DNA of 64,000 bases from Mobula hypostoma (GCF_963921235.1 NC_086128.1:4464001-4528000); one strand, 5' to 3'; counted from the stretch's first letter, positions 26,149-40,739 are shown. A program made the numbers and translations. Notes: a model not told the origin generated them from the sequence alone.

Positions 26149-28088
26149 GCCACCGGAGAGAGCAATCAACACTCCGTCTCCGGTTCAGAACGGGGGTCCA
26201 AGGGATCGTGGATGGAGAGTCAAGTTTTGGCAGGAGAAAAGGTGGGTGGGGGGGGGAAGTAACTGTGTCCATTCACTGGTGGGGGAAGGATTTTTATCTG
26301 CGTTGCGCCTTGCAGCGCCGACCTTCGCATGCGCAGATCGATGTTGTTGAATCCGCCCTTCGCGCTCACCTGAGCTGAAGCCGCAACACAGGGTGGTCAG
26401 TGCCTGAATCACAGCGGCCCGTGGCGACTCTCTTTCTGCGGATACTCATCCCCTTGTTTTTCTTTGCATTTAAACCGCTTCGACTCCGAGTCGGAAAGCA
26501 ATCCCGACCCCGAACTAGATCCCTTTCCTTTCTTACCATTGCTCCGAGAATGAAACCAGCTCCGTTTTCCTCTGGAAAGCGGCCACGTGGCAACTTCACC
26601 CGAAGAGAGAGTGAACGGGGCAAGTGACGCATTCGTCACTCCCGAAAGTAGCCGTGATGGCAAATTAGCAAATAAAACTGCAGATACTGGAGTCTTAAAC
26701 AGCTAAAATTCTCAACTCCATTCCCGGTCGTGCTAACGACCACCACCACTGCCATAGTGAGGTCTAATGTCAACTAGAATAGCACCTTGTCTTCCCTCTC
26801 GGTACTATTGCAAGTGGCTTCTGCTTTTAAATTGTCAAGTCTCACTGCATCCGGCCTGCAGTTTCAACACTTCCTTATTCAATTGGAGAATGTGAGGATG
26901 AAATAAAGATTAAATCCATGCATATTCCATGGAATTAAAAAATGAGGAAATTCATTTCAAAAGGCATGCATATACTCTGTCTACCGAGAGTGGCATTGTA
27001 AAAAGGAAGGCCAAGAAACTTCAAATGTTATATTCCTTGAGGAAGATCATACATATAGTATACCTCCAGCATTGTATAATATTGAAAATACTTAACATCC
27101 ACATCTTTACAAAAAGTTTTTAATTTAGAAAAAATATTTGCATTGCTTATCTCGGAATAGCAATAAATTAACAAAGTTAATGAGCCACAATTGCACATTA
27201 AAATCCAAAATAAATATAAATAAATTAATATAAAATTATCTTAAGACTACCCTGTACTGAGATAACAAGTACATGTTGATTACTGTCCGTTCGGGATAAA
27301 TTCAAGATCAATGGTCCTAGAAGTCCATCACCCACCAGAGCGTCATGCAGGCTTAGAAATTAATGATCGTACACCTATTGCAAGAGCAACAAATGCAGGG
27401 AGAATTTGCAGAAAATCGAATGGCAATAAACAGTTTAGCCTCGGATAGGAGGAGCGCCCTACAACTCGCTAACTGAAATTGCTAACACTAAAGGAAGCTG
27501 GGCAAAAATCGCATCATGTCTTCGACATGACATTGTGGAAAATGAATGATTATCCATCTCACTTTAGTGTTGTAGCTAACATAATGCCAACGATAAGAGA
27601 CGGTGAGAGTGAGGAGCTAAGCACCACCCATCTTCTCCAGTAATTACATTTTACACTGAAGGATCTGCCTGTCTTTAAAACGGGAACGGATTCAGGATCA
27701 TTCACCAAATTGACATCTCAATCCAGGATAGTCATACAAAGATCAATATCAATAAATTAAGTCAACACTGGTATATGAATAAAGATCTAGGCATCTTCTG
27801 TTCTCCCTTACTTGCCAAGTGAAAATCGCAGCAATGTAACAACACAATATATTGTAAAGTCAGAAAAAACTGAAAATGTTCTGCTGTTGATGGGGATTCA
27901 TGATGTAACTTTTTTGCTGACCGAAATTATTAACCCAGTTTTCTTCTCCACGCGTAATATTTCCGTCAACTTCTGTTTACGCTCAAATTTCCGGCATTCG
28001 TCTTTTTTTTCTTTTTCCATAAATAAAGCGCACTTTAAGTTAATAGCCATTAATCTCAGTCGCCTATGTGGTTGTCTCTGCAGAATCT

Positions 28089-30863
28089 TCACATATTTTT
28101 GTTAATTTTTGTCATAATGAGAAAGAGTTGTTGCAAATGAGGCCTGGTCTCAGCGCGGGTTATCTCCCAGGCACATTCACTGAATCCCTGAAGAAGTGAA
28201 AATGACAGATCAATGCATTAGATATTGAAGACATATAGAGGAACTGAAGAAATGTGTTGGCAATCACACGTTTTCATATCAACTCACCTTCTTTTTCAGA
28301 AACTTTCTCAATTTCCGAAAGTACTTAAGAATTGCGGCATTCTTCCTTGGTTTGGACTCTGAGCCTGGTTTCCGGACACAGACATCCAGCTCTTTGAGCT
28401 GCCGATCCAAGAGAAGCCTGAAGTGTTCCACTGAGCTCTGGACCCACGTGACTGAGCTCAGGTTCAAACTGTAGATCCTGCGGAGGTGATGCAGGGTCTG
28501 ATGGACAATCCAGATCCTTTCCTGCGCCTGTGTAAAACACACATGGTGACATTAGAAGGGGCCTGGTCTCACGAACGTTTAGAATTAGAGTAGAATGCCA
28601 TGCGTCTGAATAGAATAGGGCAAAGTACAAACAATAAGCGGCATAAATCAATCTGCACCCAGCTGGACGACTACTGATTTCTATGAACCTAAAGTCACTC
28701 TGAGACGTGAGCTGCAATTGGTATTCAAAGTTTAAATAGTGGATGAACAGTTAACTACAAGTCAGGCTAGTCAGTCCTCGGGTGAAGGACAGAATGTGGG
28801 GCTGATTATCAAGAATGGTTATTATAAATGTTCAGTATGTCAGTTACTTTGGGAAACTACAGGAGTTTCGGCTGCTCTCCTTAGCCAGAGGCGGTGAGGG
28901 GGAAAGTTTATAGATATCTGCAATCTCATGGATGTATTTTCATGGAAGATAAGTGGTAAGAGTCTTCTGAATAGTTCGTTTAAAAGATTCAACAGTATCT
29001 TATAGAGACAACAGCTTGAATGTTTGTATGATAATTATGTAGGCCTATGGAAAAGGAACATAGGTGAAATAGTTTGGGGAATTGCGAACTAAAAAGTTGA
29101 GACTTGTAACATTGGCAGAGGTTCCGTGTGTCAGGTATCTTGTGGTATCTGGCGTGAAGGCCATCGCATGCTCTAAAAAGTGAATTGAGCATAGGCATCT
29201 TCTACACTTCAGAACTTGACTAGAGGCAAGTCACAGAGTCACAGAGTCACAAAACCAATCCTTACCGTATTCTCAGCCCATTTCACTCATCAAATTACAC
29301 ACACTAAGGAAATTCCATTTATCAATATCGACTGAGTAGTCTAGGCAATTGAAGAGCGCACATAGACACTTATTAAATACTGTAAGACATTCGCCCTCCA
29401 CCCCACACTCAGACATTTAAACTGCAAAATGGACGGGAGATAGCTTAAATAGTTTTATTTTCCTTATATCCAGGCCAACCTTCATACTTCCACCCCCCCC
29501 CCCCTTAAATTTATGTCATCTCTTTATAGAGACATTTCTTGTAGGGACATTTTATTGCCCTCTGTACCAGCAAAGTCACTCATAATTTAGTATACCTTTT
29601 TCAGATTCCCCCGAGCCTTTTTGTCCTTGATCCCAATCGAATGTTAACATAACGAGTAATGTAACTAGATTGCAGGGGAAATGTTACAATCGGGTGTCAA
29701 ATCGTTAGAGCAGAGTAGATGGTGCAATCACCTACAGTGAACACATTTTGTGTAATGATATACGGATGAAAGGATTTCCAGATTAACAGAAGAGATAAAT
29801 TCAATGGTGAGTTGAGGTAACGAGAGAGCGTGAGATAGGGAGTGAGATGGGGAGCGAGAGTAGAAAATAGAAGTTCATACATGTTGACAAGTTCAGTGGG
29901 AATAGAGCAAGTGAGATGATCGGTGGGTGTTAGGTACAGAGAGTGAACTACCAGTGAATGGACCAGAGGAAAAGGGAATGAAGTTGTCATGGTGAGCGAT
30001 GGCAACGACTGAGCCCAGGTGCAGAAGAATGGCAGACTGCCATGTGGAGACGAAACAAGAGGCGATACATAGGAGTACCAATAGAACCCTACAATCAGTG
30101 CTAAATGTCCGCTTTAAGATATCATAGAATGATGGAAACTAGTGACAGTCACAATTAATTTGACAAGATTAAACAGAAAGCACAAGGGTTTAACGACCCT
30201 GGTTAAGACTACAATGAGTAAATACCGGTGCTCGAAAAAGCAAGAAACCCAACACTTTACGGCTCACCGCAGAGGTCCCAATACATGACTGAAGTGTGAT
30301 AACTGAAGTGAGATATATTAATTGTGAATAGTTTCCTTAGAATCAGCAACAACGACAAACGAAGAGAGCGACTTGGTGAGAAAATATCGACATTATGTCT
30401 TAGCTTTGTTCTCTGCATAAAGTTCAGATACGATTCTCAACATTACTCTGCAAGAATATCTCGAATGATTAACATAGAAGTAAAATCCAGAGTTTACTCA
30501 CATGAACCTGCTCCGAAAGTTTCACCAGGTCCAGGGGCTTGGTTTTCAACGACAGCCTCTCAGTCGCACACTGTTGGGGGAGGCGGCCACCCTGAGACAG
30601 AAGATATCAACGTTACTGACAATCCCCCCACACAGAAACACCGGGAGAACAGACTATTTGTAATCACCTGATTGTTAACAATGAACACCCGGGACTGTCA
30701 GGACCCGTCTCTGGGAGCAGGTTCAACTCACCATTTCATCCAGTTTGCCCAGAGTGTCTGTGTTGAGAAATTGTAGTAACCGCAGCCTCTCACAGCCCAG
30801 GGTCAGGGTCACGGTCAAAAACAGCCACACACTGCAAACTCTCCAAACACGGCCCAATGCCAT
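28089..30863 (-). CDS. Type I interferon gene D, 4 exons, 186 aa
   Basis: Exons 30732-30863 (...GCERLRLLQFLNTDTLGKLDEM), 30502-30591 (GGRLPQQCATERLSLKTKPLDLVKLSEQVH), 28288-28527 (AQERIW...KYFRKLRKFLKKK), 28089-28187 (GFSECAWEITRAETRPHLQQLFLIMTKINKNM*). GT-AG phase 0. Confidence 0.94.
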
Positions 30864-31047
30864 CTTCACCCGACACAGAATAAAGTACCGATCTGAGACT
30901 AGAATCAGCTCCGAAAACCGGTCTTGTTCGCCGACTGGAACTCGGGATATAGAAACGCCGCGGCTTGTGATCCGGGAGCGGACGCCGGTGCTGCCGAGTC
31001 CTGTGTCTGGGGATCGTGCTCTGAGCTCTCTCTGCCATACTGCCGGA

Positions 31048-31194
31048 TTTTATATGTTAAAATCCGAAAATGGGTGACATTCGAAAAGTGAAATGAGTGC
31101 GGGATATTTGGGAACGCGTCGGGAGAGAGCGACCTCCGCTCTGAAGTAAGGAATCTGAAAGCGGGAGAGTCCCGCAGCAACGACGGGAAAATCC
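31048..31194 (-). promoter_or_regulatory. Gene D promoter (same module as B)
   Basis: Same motifs at constant offset +16383 from gene B. Confidence 0.8.
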
Positions 31195-32349
31195 GCCACC
31201 GGAGAGAACAAGCAGCGTCCAGGCTGTTCATGATTTCAGATCGGGGGGTCAAAGGGAGTGTGAAGGGAGGGTCAGGTTTATCAGGGGTCGAGAATGGTTT
31301 TGCGGACGTGACAGTGGCCGTGCGTTGGTGGGGGCTGCATTTTATCACGGTGATAATAACCCTGCGCCTTTCAGAGCTGATCTTCGGATCCAAAGACAGC
31401 TTTTGTTAAAATCTCCTTTTGCACTCACCCCCAACTCCGGCGAAGCCCCATTGCAGGGTGGTCAGTGCCGAGAGCCCGGGTCACAGCGATCGGTGGCGAC
31501 TCTCTGCGCGGATACACGTGTCAGTGACTGTGTTCTCTAAGCAGAGAAAGTTTCTATTGTACGTGTTTCTTTTCGCAGACAATATCTCTGTTTTCTTTAT
31601 TTGAAATTAAGCCTCTTCCACTCTGGATCGGAAGACGAACCCTATCCCGATCTCTTTGCTTTCCTGCCGCTCCGCCGGTATCTTCACCAAAACCGAAAGC
31701 ATCCGGGGACGTGACTGTTCGTCACTTCCGAAAGTGGGCGCGTTTGTAAACAACTTGGGTCACGGCCAAAGTCTCGTTATTGTCATATGCTAAGTATGTG
31801 TATGCGGCGGCGCAATGAAAAGCATATTTACCGCTGCATCGTAGGCGCACAACGCCATATTAGCTGTATTCACAAAATAATAACTTAACCAAACATAAAT
31901 TATACAGAGTTTTTACAAGGACGAATAAAATTAGGAAAAAATGTTCATTTTATTGCAACATGATTAATGTTATAGTGTTAATAATCTGGAATGATTATGG
32001 TTGTGCAGGCTGATTCAAGAAGGAAATAGTTGAAGGGATGTAACTGTTCTTGAACCTAGTCGCGTGGGACTTCAAGCTTACGTACCTCTTCCTGGATAGT
32101 AGGTGTAGAAAGATGTCATGGTCTAGATGGTGGGAACCTTGTACGATTCATGCTGCCTTCTTGAACCAATACCTCAGGTAGATATTTTCGATGATGGTGG
32201 TGGAGGAAGGTGCCCGTGGTGCATTGGTCCACTGCTCCCTACAGCTTCTTACATTCCTGCACATCCGAATTCTGCCGATCCACATTATGGTGCAAGAAGA
32301 AGAATGCTTTTAACAGTACAAGAGAGAAAATAAATAAATAAGGGATGGG

Positions 32350-33035
32350 CCACACTTAGGCTGGAAGAAGATGAAGCCACACTCAGGTTGGAGGAACAAC
32401 ACCTTATATTCCGTCCCCATTCCCATTCTGACATGTCTATCCACGGCCTCCTCTACTGTAAAGATGAAGCCACACTCAAGTTGGAGGAACAACACCTTAT
32501 ATTCCGTCTGGGTAGCCTCCAACCTGATGGCATGAACATCGACTTCTCTAACTTCCGCTAATGACCCACCTCCCCTTCGTACCCCATCCCTTATTTATTT
32601 GTCTATTTATTTGTCTGTTTATTTATTTATTTATTTATTTATTTATTATTTTTTTCTCTCTTTTTTCTCCCTGTGTCCCTCTCACTATAACTCCTCGCCC
32701 ATCCTCTGGGCTCTCCTCTTCCTTTCTTTCTCCCTAGGCCTCCCGTCCCATGATCCTCTCCCTTCTCCAGCCCCGAATCCCTTTTGCCAATGACCTGTCC
32801 AGCTCTTGGCTCCATCCCTCCCCCTCCTGTCTTCTCCTATCATTTCGGATCTCCCCCTCCCACTTTCAAATCTCTTTCTAGCTCTTCTTTCAGTTAGTCC
32901 TGACGAACGAAGGGTCTTGGCCCGAAACGTGGACTGTACCTCTTCTTATAGATGCTGCCTGGCCTGCTGCGTTCACAAGCAATTTTTATGTGTGTTGCTT
33001 GAATTTGCAACATTTGCAGATTTCCTGGTGTTTGC
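32350..33035 (+). mobile_element. Penelope-like element 3' fragment
   Basis: EATLKLEEQHLIFRLGSLQPDGMNIDFSNFR-coding sequence, pseudo-LTR, and a hammerhead core with a small duplication (ctgacgaacgaaggg). Confidence 0.8.
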
Positions 33036-34980
33036 CCGTTTGTTCGAGATGGAATTCGAGCCACATTCGGAAGGTGGTTGTGCTTTCATGCAGACCCTGA
33101 TTCCAGCGTGTGAGTTAAAGACAACTTCAAGATGAGCTCCAACTTCTGTGCACATTTGGAAAGGGTTAACTGCAATGGGGCCTTTTTATTTTTTTTTCTT
33201 TTCTTTTTTTCCTACTAACTGCTCGAATAAGCTGAAATTTGTAAATATACTTTCTTTATAATTATATGCAGTGTCCCATCTGTTGTTTCTTGCCGACGGT
33301 AAATTGCATAGGAGCAGTATTTACACAATATTCGCACAGATCGGGGTTCGGATGGTTGACATATCTCGCAACTTCCCAATTTTGCTGGGACCCAAGTCAT
33401 ATTGACCCTAGACATATGGCGTTTGAGAAAGGTGGTTTTCTCGCCGCTGCGTCCAGAGGCTGTTCACGAGGGGCTAACAAGCCGCGTCTCTACAGACGCC
33501 CGGTAAAAAACAGTTTCGTATGGCTATGGCAAGTTATCCGACATGTTAATGCCTACGAAATTTCACTGTTGACCCCCCAATGTACAGTGGTATAGGTTTG
33601 CCCTCCTCAACCTTCCTGGTCAATAATCAGCTCTTTATTTTTGCTGACGTTGAGCGAGTGGTTGATCTTGAGACACCACTCAAACGGGCGATGAACTTTC
33701 TCCAGTAGATTGACTCATCACTACCTGTTATTCATCCAGCAACAGAGATGTTGGCCATGCATTTGAAGTTAGTATTGAAGCTATGCTTAGCCACACAATG
33801 AATGTGTATAGACAATTGAGCAGAGGCTAAGCACGCAGCCTCCGACTGTAACTTCGTTGATGATCGGCGAAGAGAGATACTGTTGCTAATCCTCACTGAT
33901 TGAAGTTTACAATGAAGAAGGGGAGTATCTAATTACAGAGGAAGGTACAGATGAGGAAGGCCCATGTCCTCAAGTCTGATGATGAGTTTCGATGGGACGA
34001 TATAGATGATATTTAACCCCATCATTCCTACCGGGGAATAGGCCACCGACCATTCACGTCGTCTCCAGGTGTAGCCCATTTTTTCCTTCCTCTCCCACAG
34101 ATGGGGTCTTTAGAGATCCTGTTGGCGTTTCTGTAGCACTGTGTTTTTGAAGGATAGGGTTGCCACCTCATGCCCCAAACCCATCCTTTTGCAGTTGGGC
34201 TTGGCACCGCCCATGCCATGGCGGGTTTTCGATGGGATGATTGCGTTGAAATCCGAGTTTTAATTGATAAACCGCAGCCGGAGGTATGTGTCATGTTGTC
34301 CCGATGGTCCACAGTAGAGTGAACAGCCAGAGAAATCACACCTGATGTAGACCCGTTGAGGCATTAAATAAACTGGGGCGGGTCTGGGTCATTTCTGAGG
34401 CTGGGTAAGGGAAAGTAGGAAATTCTGGGGTTTTATTGTTCCCATATATCTCCTTTCAACACACTCCCTCTTAAAAAGCATGCCAACTGGTAGTGCAGAT
34501 TTCGACCCTGGAAGAAAGATACCAGCTGTCTCAGTTATTTATGCCTCTCAATATCTTACAAACGTCTATCTCGTTTCCCCTCATCCTCCGCCGTGTCGGA
34601 GATAACAATGCAAGTTTGTCCAACCTCACGTTTCAGCAAGTGTCCTCCAATAAAGGCAATATCCCGCTAAACCTTTACTTCACGCCGTACTGTAAGCATA
34701 ACAGTTCCACACCATATCAAGACGGTTTTTGTCCTCATCTGTTGTCCAGGCACACATCAATGGTCTTTTCTGCTTCTTTCAAACTGCCTAATTGACCCCT
34801 GTGTTGTCTGACGTTTCTGTGGCCTGGGGGAGTCAGTGGTCTTTGTATAATTCGAATGTAAAAAATTGTAACCCCGGCCCCGCCACCGCATGAGTATTTC
34901 AAAAGCCTCAAGTTCTGGTGCACTTCAGACCTATGCTCCCAATCCATGGGCACTCTTTGCAGAGGTTATTCGGGTCAAGT

Positions 34981-37900
34981 TATTATTATTATTAATTTTT
35001 AAACTTTTCTTCTCAGCTTAGGCTGGTAAAACCCAAGCTATGGGCATAGGTAAACACACTCATTTCTCAACTGCTAGGAACTTTCCAACTGTTCTAGTGG
35101 TGCTTAGCATTGTGGCTTTTGGAGACTTACATAAATATTGCTGTGAAGGCCTAATTATTTAATGCTATCGTGTAGTGATTTTGGGATGGAACTATTTGTA
35201 GATATTACTATAGAGACAATGTCCTCTCTGTTCATGTTCCAAAGTCTCCCAATTTCCTCTTTTAATTCAACGTATTTCTGGAGATTTTCACTTATTGATC
35301 TTTGTATGTTATGTGTGCTTAGAATGACTATATCTATTAAGTAAGTTGTTCTTGCGTGTTTATCCTTTATTATTATACAGTATCTGGACGGTTATTATGG
35401 ATTGTTCTGATCAGTGTAATATAATTTATGAGGCTCTGACTCTAAAACTGGATCAGGCGTGTATTTGTAGTAAGGCATGGTTTCTCTCATAAGTTTGTAT
35501 CTTAAAGCAACATTTTGATGAATTATGTTTACCACTTGATTGTGCCTGTATAAATCATCAGATTGAGTTAAACTGCTGTAAGATCTTGTAATGTCTTGGA
35601 TTATTTCTGGTTTCTATTGGCATTTTCTGAGTTGTCGTCTTGAGTTGTTGGGTCTTTTATTGTACTTTTATTATGTATTTTCGATCATTTTTAGTGCTAA
35701 CCACCTGGTTCTGTTTTGTCACATGGTTCCCTTCTGTTTCTGGGAAGAGGTATCATACGGCGCTTCCTTGTCAACATCCTGTATACTCAGATCGAGGAGG
35801 TGTTCTCCATCCGGATCATACCCGTCCTTTTGTTAACATTTTCTTTAATAGTGATAGTTTCTTCATTTTTCTGGGCTGTGCTTTCGTTTAAGTTTAGTGG
35901 TGTGTACTTCTTATCAGAATTGCATTTGCTCGCCCGGAGTGTTGAATTCTGTTTTCGTTGATGAAAATATATCCTTAGAAATTTTATCTGATTGTTGTGT
36001 AATTTTTAAATGTTTGTAACTCCTCTTCCTCATTCGGTTAATCTAAGCACATTTGAGTGTTTCAGAATTTCAGAACATTTCAGAATACAGAGTTTTCTGA
36101 AATTTAGCATTTCAGTTCTTATTTTTCTTTGTAAATTTTGCAGATTGGTTTTGGACCAAGCTATTATGACAAAAGAATATGTTATTATGGGTATAGCAAA
36201 AGTGTTTATTGCCTTTGTTATATTTTTACTATTGAGCTCTGTTTGGCAGATTTTCTTAAGGCTTGGAGTAAACTCTGTCGAAGATTTTCCCTTTATGATC
36301 TATTTTCTTTGCTTGTTGATATCCGAGGTACTTAATTGTTTCATATTCATTCATTGGTTGTATTGCAGTTTGCTGCTCTGTTTTGTATTCTATTAGCTCT
36401 GTTGCACCTTTCTTTATGTTTAATTTTCTGTACTTATCTAGTCCAAAGTTCATGTTTATACCTTCCGTTGTTTCTGATTTGATACCCAACATACGTCCGA
36501 TTCAGTAAATTAAAAAGCGGGTTTAAAGCTAAACAAAACCATAGTGGGCTTAGAGAGTCGCCCTGGAGAATGTCTCTGTTTATTTTGATAATAGTGGCTG
36601 TTCTTTTTCGTTGTCAATAGATCGGGTGATTATATTACGCGAATCATTCATCAGATATTGAAGGAATTTCACAATATTGGGTGAGGTTCATATATATTAA
36701 GAATTTGCATTAACCATGTGCGTGGGACAGAATCAAATGTTTTTGATGGTCAATATAACAACATGAAAGATTTCTGCTTTTCTGTCGGTTTTAATTTAGA
36801 ATTACAGAATCTATTATCAGTTATACTTTACATCCTGTCATCCCCTTACGGCATCCTTTCTGCTCTTCTGTAAGTATATTGTACTTATCTAAGTGAGTAG
36901 TTGCGGGATGCATGATGTTCCAATTTTATATATAGTTTGTAAACAAGTAATAGGACGATAATTTTGACGGATGATTAGTAATTTCTCCTTTGCGTAGGAA
37001 ATATGTTTTACCTTCTATTGAAACTTCTGGCACTTTTTCAAGATTTTAAAGAAAATTGTTGATATGTATTAATGGGTATGGACGAAGGTAAGTAATTTTT
37101 TATACCAATGATTATGCCATTTCTTTTCCAGTTTGGGGTATTTTTTAATAACCACTTTTAGCATATCCACTGTAACTTCAAGTATTTGCCTTTCTTCAAT
37201 TGTGTGTGTACGTTCATTTCTCTTCCTAACCCAGCTTGCTTCTTGATCGTGCGTCATAGGTTTGGCCAGATATTAGATCAAAAGTTCATTATCTCTGTGG
37301 TTGTTGGTCATTCCGTGCTTGGGTCGGTGACATTTTGGTGTGTCGAATTTAGTTTCGGTATCCTGTATATACCATTTTCATTGTTTGTGAACTGATAAAT
37401 CTACTTTCTTCACCTGGCGCATTTCATGTATCTAATTAGTCTGGCTTTGTGCGCACCGAGTATTTGTTTTAGTTTATCGATAAATTCTACAGTTTTTTTT
37501 AGTTTGATTGTATCTTGTATGGACTTTATATTTCCTTGGTGCTTCCTTAGCTTTTCTTTTAAATTTTTGCTCAGGTTATTCATTTTGTACTCCATTAGGC
37601 GTGCTATTTCTGCTCTTAAGATTTTAATTTTGTTTCTTCATCTTTTCTATAATTTTGATATTCTCGTTTCATTACTCAGTTTTGGGTTTCTATTAATTTG
37701 TGCCTCTATTTTGGATCATTGCTCTTCACTGCTATTAATGCTGCATAGGATATTATTGTGTGTAGTTCTTCAAATGTTTCAAGTATTCCTAAATATTATA
37801 GTGATATAATATTGTTGAAGTATCTAGAAATTTGATGACGTATTTTGTTTTGGTGTGTAGGGACTTTTTATTGTGTCAATGTTCATATATTCTTTTAGAG

Positions 37901-39690
37901 TGAAGTTAAATGTTAGGATAATTTTGTCTGTAAGCTCAGCTTCCTCATCAGCATTCTGAGAAGATTCTACGTCTGTGTTATTGCTGTTACCATCCGGTTG
38001 TGAAGCAGTTCAAACAAATTGTATTTTCATCCGTGTTTCGGTGCGTAACACGCTGTAAGGTTTCACTGATGATGTAATGGCTTCTCTCTAATGTTCCACT
38101 GCTGAGGTAATGGTTTCTCTGTAGCAGTGATGTTTGGGGTATGACTAGAGATAACGGGGCATGCTAACCAATAAGCGGGATGTTGTTCTTTCTTGTGTGT
38201 CTGGGAGCCGGGAATTTGTGGGTCTTTTGCCGGGGAGAGATGAGGAGAGAAGACGCGAATGGAGACAGTTGGTAGACCTCGGACGGAGTGGACTTGGAGC
38301 GAGCGTCCGAAGGTCAGCGATGATCGGAGGAGGTCGATGGTGGACGAACGGCCATATCAGTGAGGTCCAACATTTGCGCATTAGACTGTTTCATGAGAAT
38401 GGGCTCTTCTCTTTTTTTTTGTTGTCTTTACTAACCATATAGTCAAAGTAAGAATTATAAAGCTTAATCGTTTAATCGTATATTGTGTATTGTTTGTTAT
38501 TTCCTGGTACTGATTTGTAAAAGGGGACACATCGCGCAGCATCCACCCAAACGATATTTCTTAAGTTTGGCCGGCCCGGGGTGGGGGGGTATCATCCCCT
38601 ATATTAAGCCGCTAGCCGAAGCGAGAGTTACAGGTGCATTGTATTTTCATTATTTTATTGCATAGCATTATTGTGGTCCTTCGGTTGCAACACAGACCAA
38701 ATACTGGAGGAACTCATTAGGCTAAGCATCATCTATGGAAACGAGTAAACAGTCGATTATTCGGGCCAGGACCCTTCATCAGAACTTTAAGTTGGTTTCT
38801 TTCTAGCTCTTCAGTAACTTCGTGTTTTATTTGGTTTAACTTGTCTATTGGGATGAAGTTATTTTTTACTATCGCTCTATGTTGATCTACTATTCGTTGT
38901 GCAATTACCTGCATGAAGGGATATTGCGCTATAAACTGTTGATGAAGTTTGTTCCTGCATGCTGTCATATAAGTTTCAAGTTCCATTACTCGGTAAATAT
39001 ACACGCATTGTGAATGTGTTTACTTCTAATGACTATTTCATCCGTGTCTTTCTTCTCTTAACTGCTTGAGTGGTCTTAGTTGTAAGTGGACTGCTCCCCT
39101 GAGAAACACTTGCGGCAGTCGCAGCCTGGGGTTTTGTTGTGCTACTTTGAATGCTGCCAGTATCTTCTTTCAGGTTTCCCGGTGCCTGCCCGCCTGTTCA
39201 GCGATGCACCATCAGCGGTTTGCGTACTGTCATGCCCTGCGCTAGCTCCAGGCATGCCCTGACGATCCCCAGTCAGTGGCCGTATCACTCTATTTCGTAG
39301 ATGCCTCTACTTTCAAAAATGAAAGGGGGCTACATTTTATACTTATGGCTTCATTCGCCCCTAACATGGGGTACAGACGCTGACCATAGCACGGCCCAGT
39401 CTGGGTACAGACGGGCCTGAAACGTCGACTGCGCCTCTTCCTATAGATGCTGCTTGGCCTGCTGCGTTCACCAGCAACTTTGATGTATGTTGCTTGAATT
39501 TCCAGCATCTGCAGAATTCCTGTTGTTTGGATTAGTTTCTGCTTTGGTCCGCGGGTGGTATTTTATTTCTGATTTGCATATCCGCAGAACTTTCCCGAAT
39601 CCGCCACATGGGGCCAGATGGGGGACTGAAAACCTCTCATTGATTCTTCTTCTTCTTCTTCTTCTTCTTATTATTATTATTATTACATTC
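34981..39690 (-). mobile_element. Decayed R4/Dong-clade non-LTR retrotransposon (RT + restriction-like endonuclease)
   Basis: Minus-strand remnants: N-terminal LHQQF..YP...QRIVDQHRAIVKNN; RT QGDSLSPLWFCLALNPL (~36520-36570) and MNFGLDK...IKYLG; RHNQV and NNRPD endonuclease motifs. (TTA)n runs at both ends (34981-34993, ~39668-39685). Confidence 0.75.
38044..38632. mobile_element. Solo LTR inserted in the R4-like element
   Basis: Ends CGTAAC...GTTACA (TG..CA with one change), flanked by a 4-bp GGTG duplication; GC/CpG content distinct from the AT-rich host. Confidence 0.6.
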
Positions 39691-40739
39691 GCACAGTTTG
39701 TTGTCTTTTGCACATTGCTTGTTTGTTCATCGTGTTAGATGCAGTCCTTCATTGGTTCTATTATGTTTCTTGAATTTACTGTCTATGCCCGCAAGAAAAT
39801 GAATCTCAAGGTTGTATATGTACTTTGATCATAAATTTACTTTGAACTTTGAATTTTGAAATGATGCTAGGTAAGGAGGAATAGCAGGCATAATGATGTA
39901 TCACACGACAAACGTGTTCAAAATAATACTTTTATTTACATCAACATCTTTAGTATAAATATTTACCCTTTTAGAAATAGTATTCATTATATATCTCTCA
40001 ATAAATAGACAATAAATTAACAACCTTTTGAGGCTCTGTTCCTGCATTTAAGTACCTTCACATTAACACGACAAATATAAATACAGGCTGAGATGAATTG
40101 ATCAGCTAGCTGTTGATCAACTACCGAAGTACTGTAATCATGACTGATGGTCAGGAAAGAGGTCGAGCATCATTAGCCTGCTAGTACACATGACAAAAAT
40201 TTATTTTTGTGGTATTACTGAACCCTATTACTTTAAAAAAAAGTTAACAGGGCTCAGTGACGCCACAAAAGCAAGCTCAGGAAAATTATGATGGAAAATG
40301 AATTGCTGCGCAGTTCATTTTATATCAGAACTATATTAGATTAGTTCTAAAATAATTGAAATAGAACTAATTACTGCCAACCGCAACGAAACAAGCTGCA
40401 GAAAGGCAGTGACAGTGAGATGCTAACCACAGAGCACCTTCTCCAGAAATGGAACTTTGCATTGCAGTAACGGTCAATCAGTCAAACGGGGAACAGAAAC
40501 AGGACCATTCAGCAAATTCAAATCTCAACACAGGAGATTAAATAAATACATCAATAAATATATCAGTGCATAAATATCAAGATAGATTCAGACATTCTCT
40601 ATTCTCCATCACTCACCAGATGAAAATTGCCTTAACATTCAACATAACACACAAGGGGGGGAGGAGAATAGAAAATTACTGAACGTAATTTACATATCAC
40701 GTAGTGGCGAATGGGCGTGAACAACAGTTCATGTTGCAT

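Noticed and set aside
35591-37809. Several hydrophobic plus-strand ORFs resembling membrane proteins
   Set aside because: T-rich antisense of the A-rich R4 coding strand.
39340-39420. Possible HDV-like ribozyme near the R4 5' end (cccc-atgtta-gggg-CGAATG on the minus strand)
   Set aside because: Only a P4/J4-2-like piece is visible; I could not find P1-P3/L3, and the region is interrupted by a Penelope fragment. Needs an RNArobo/Infernal search.
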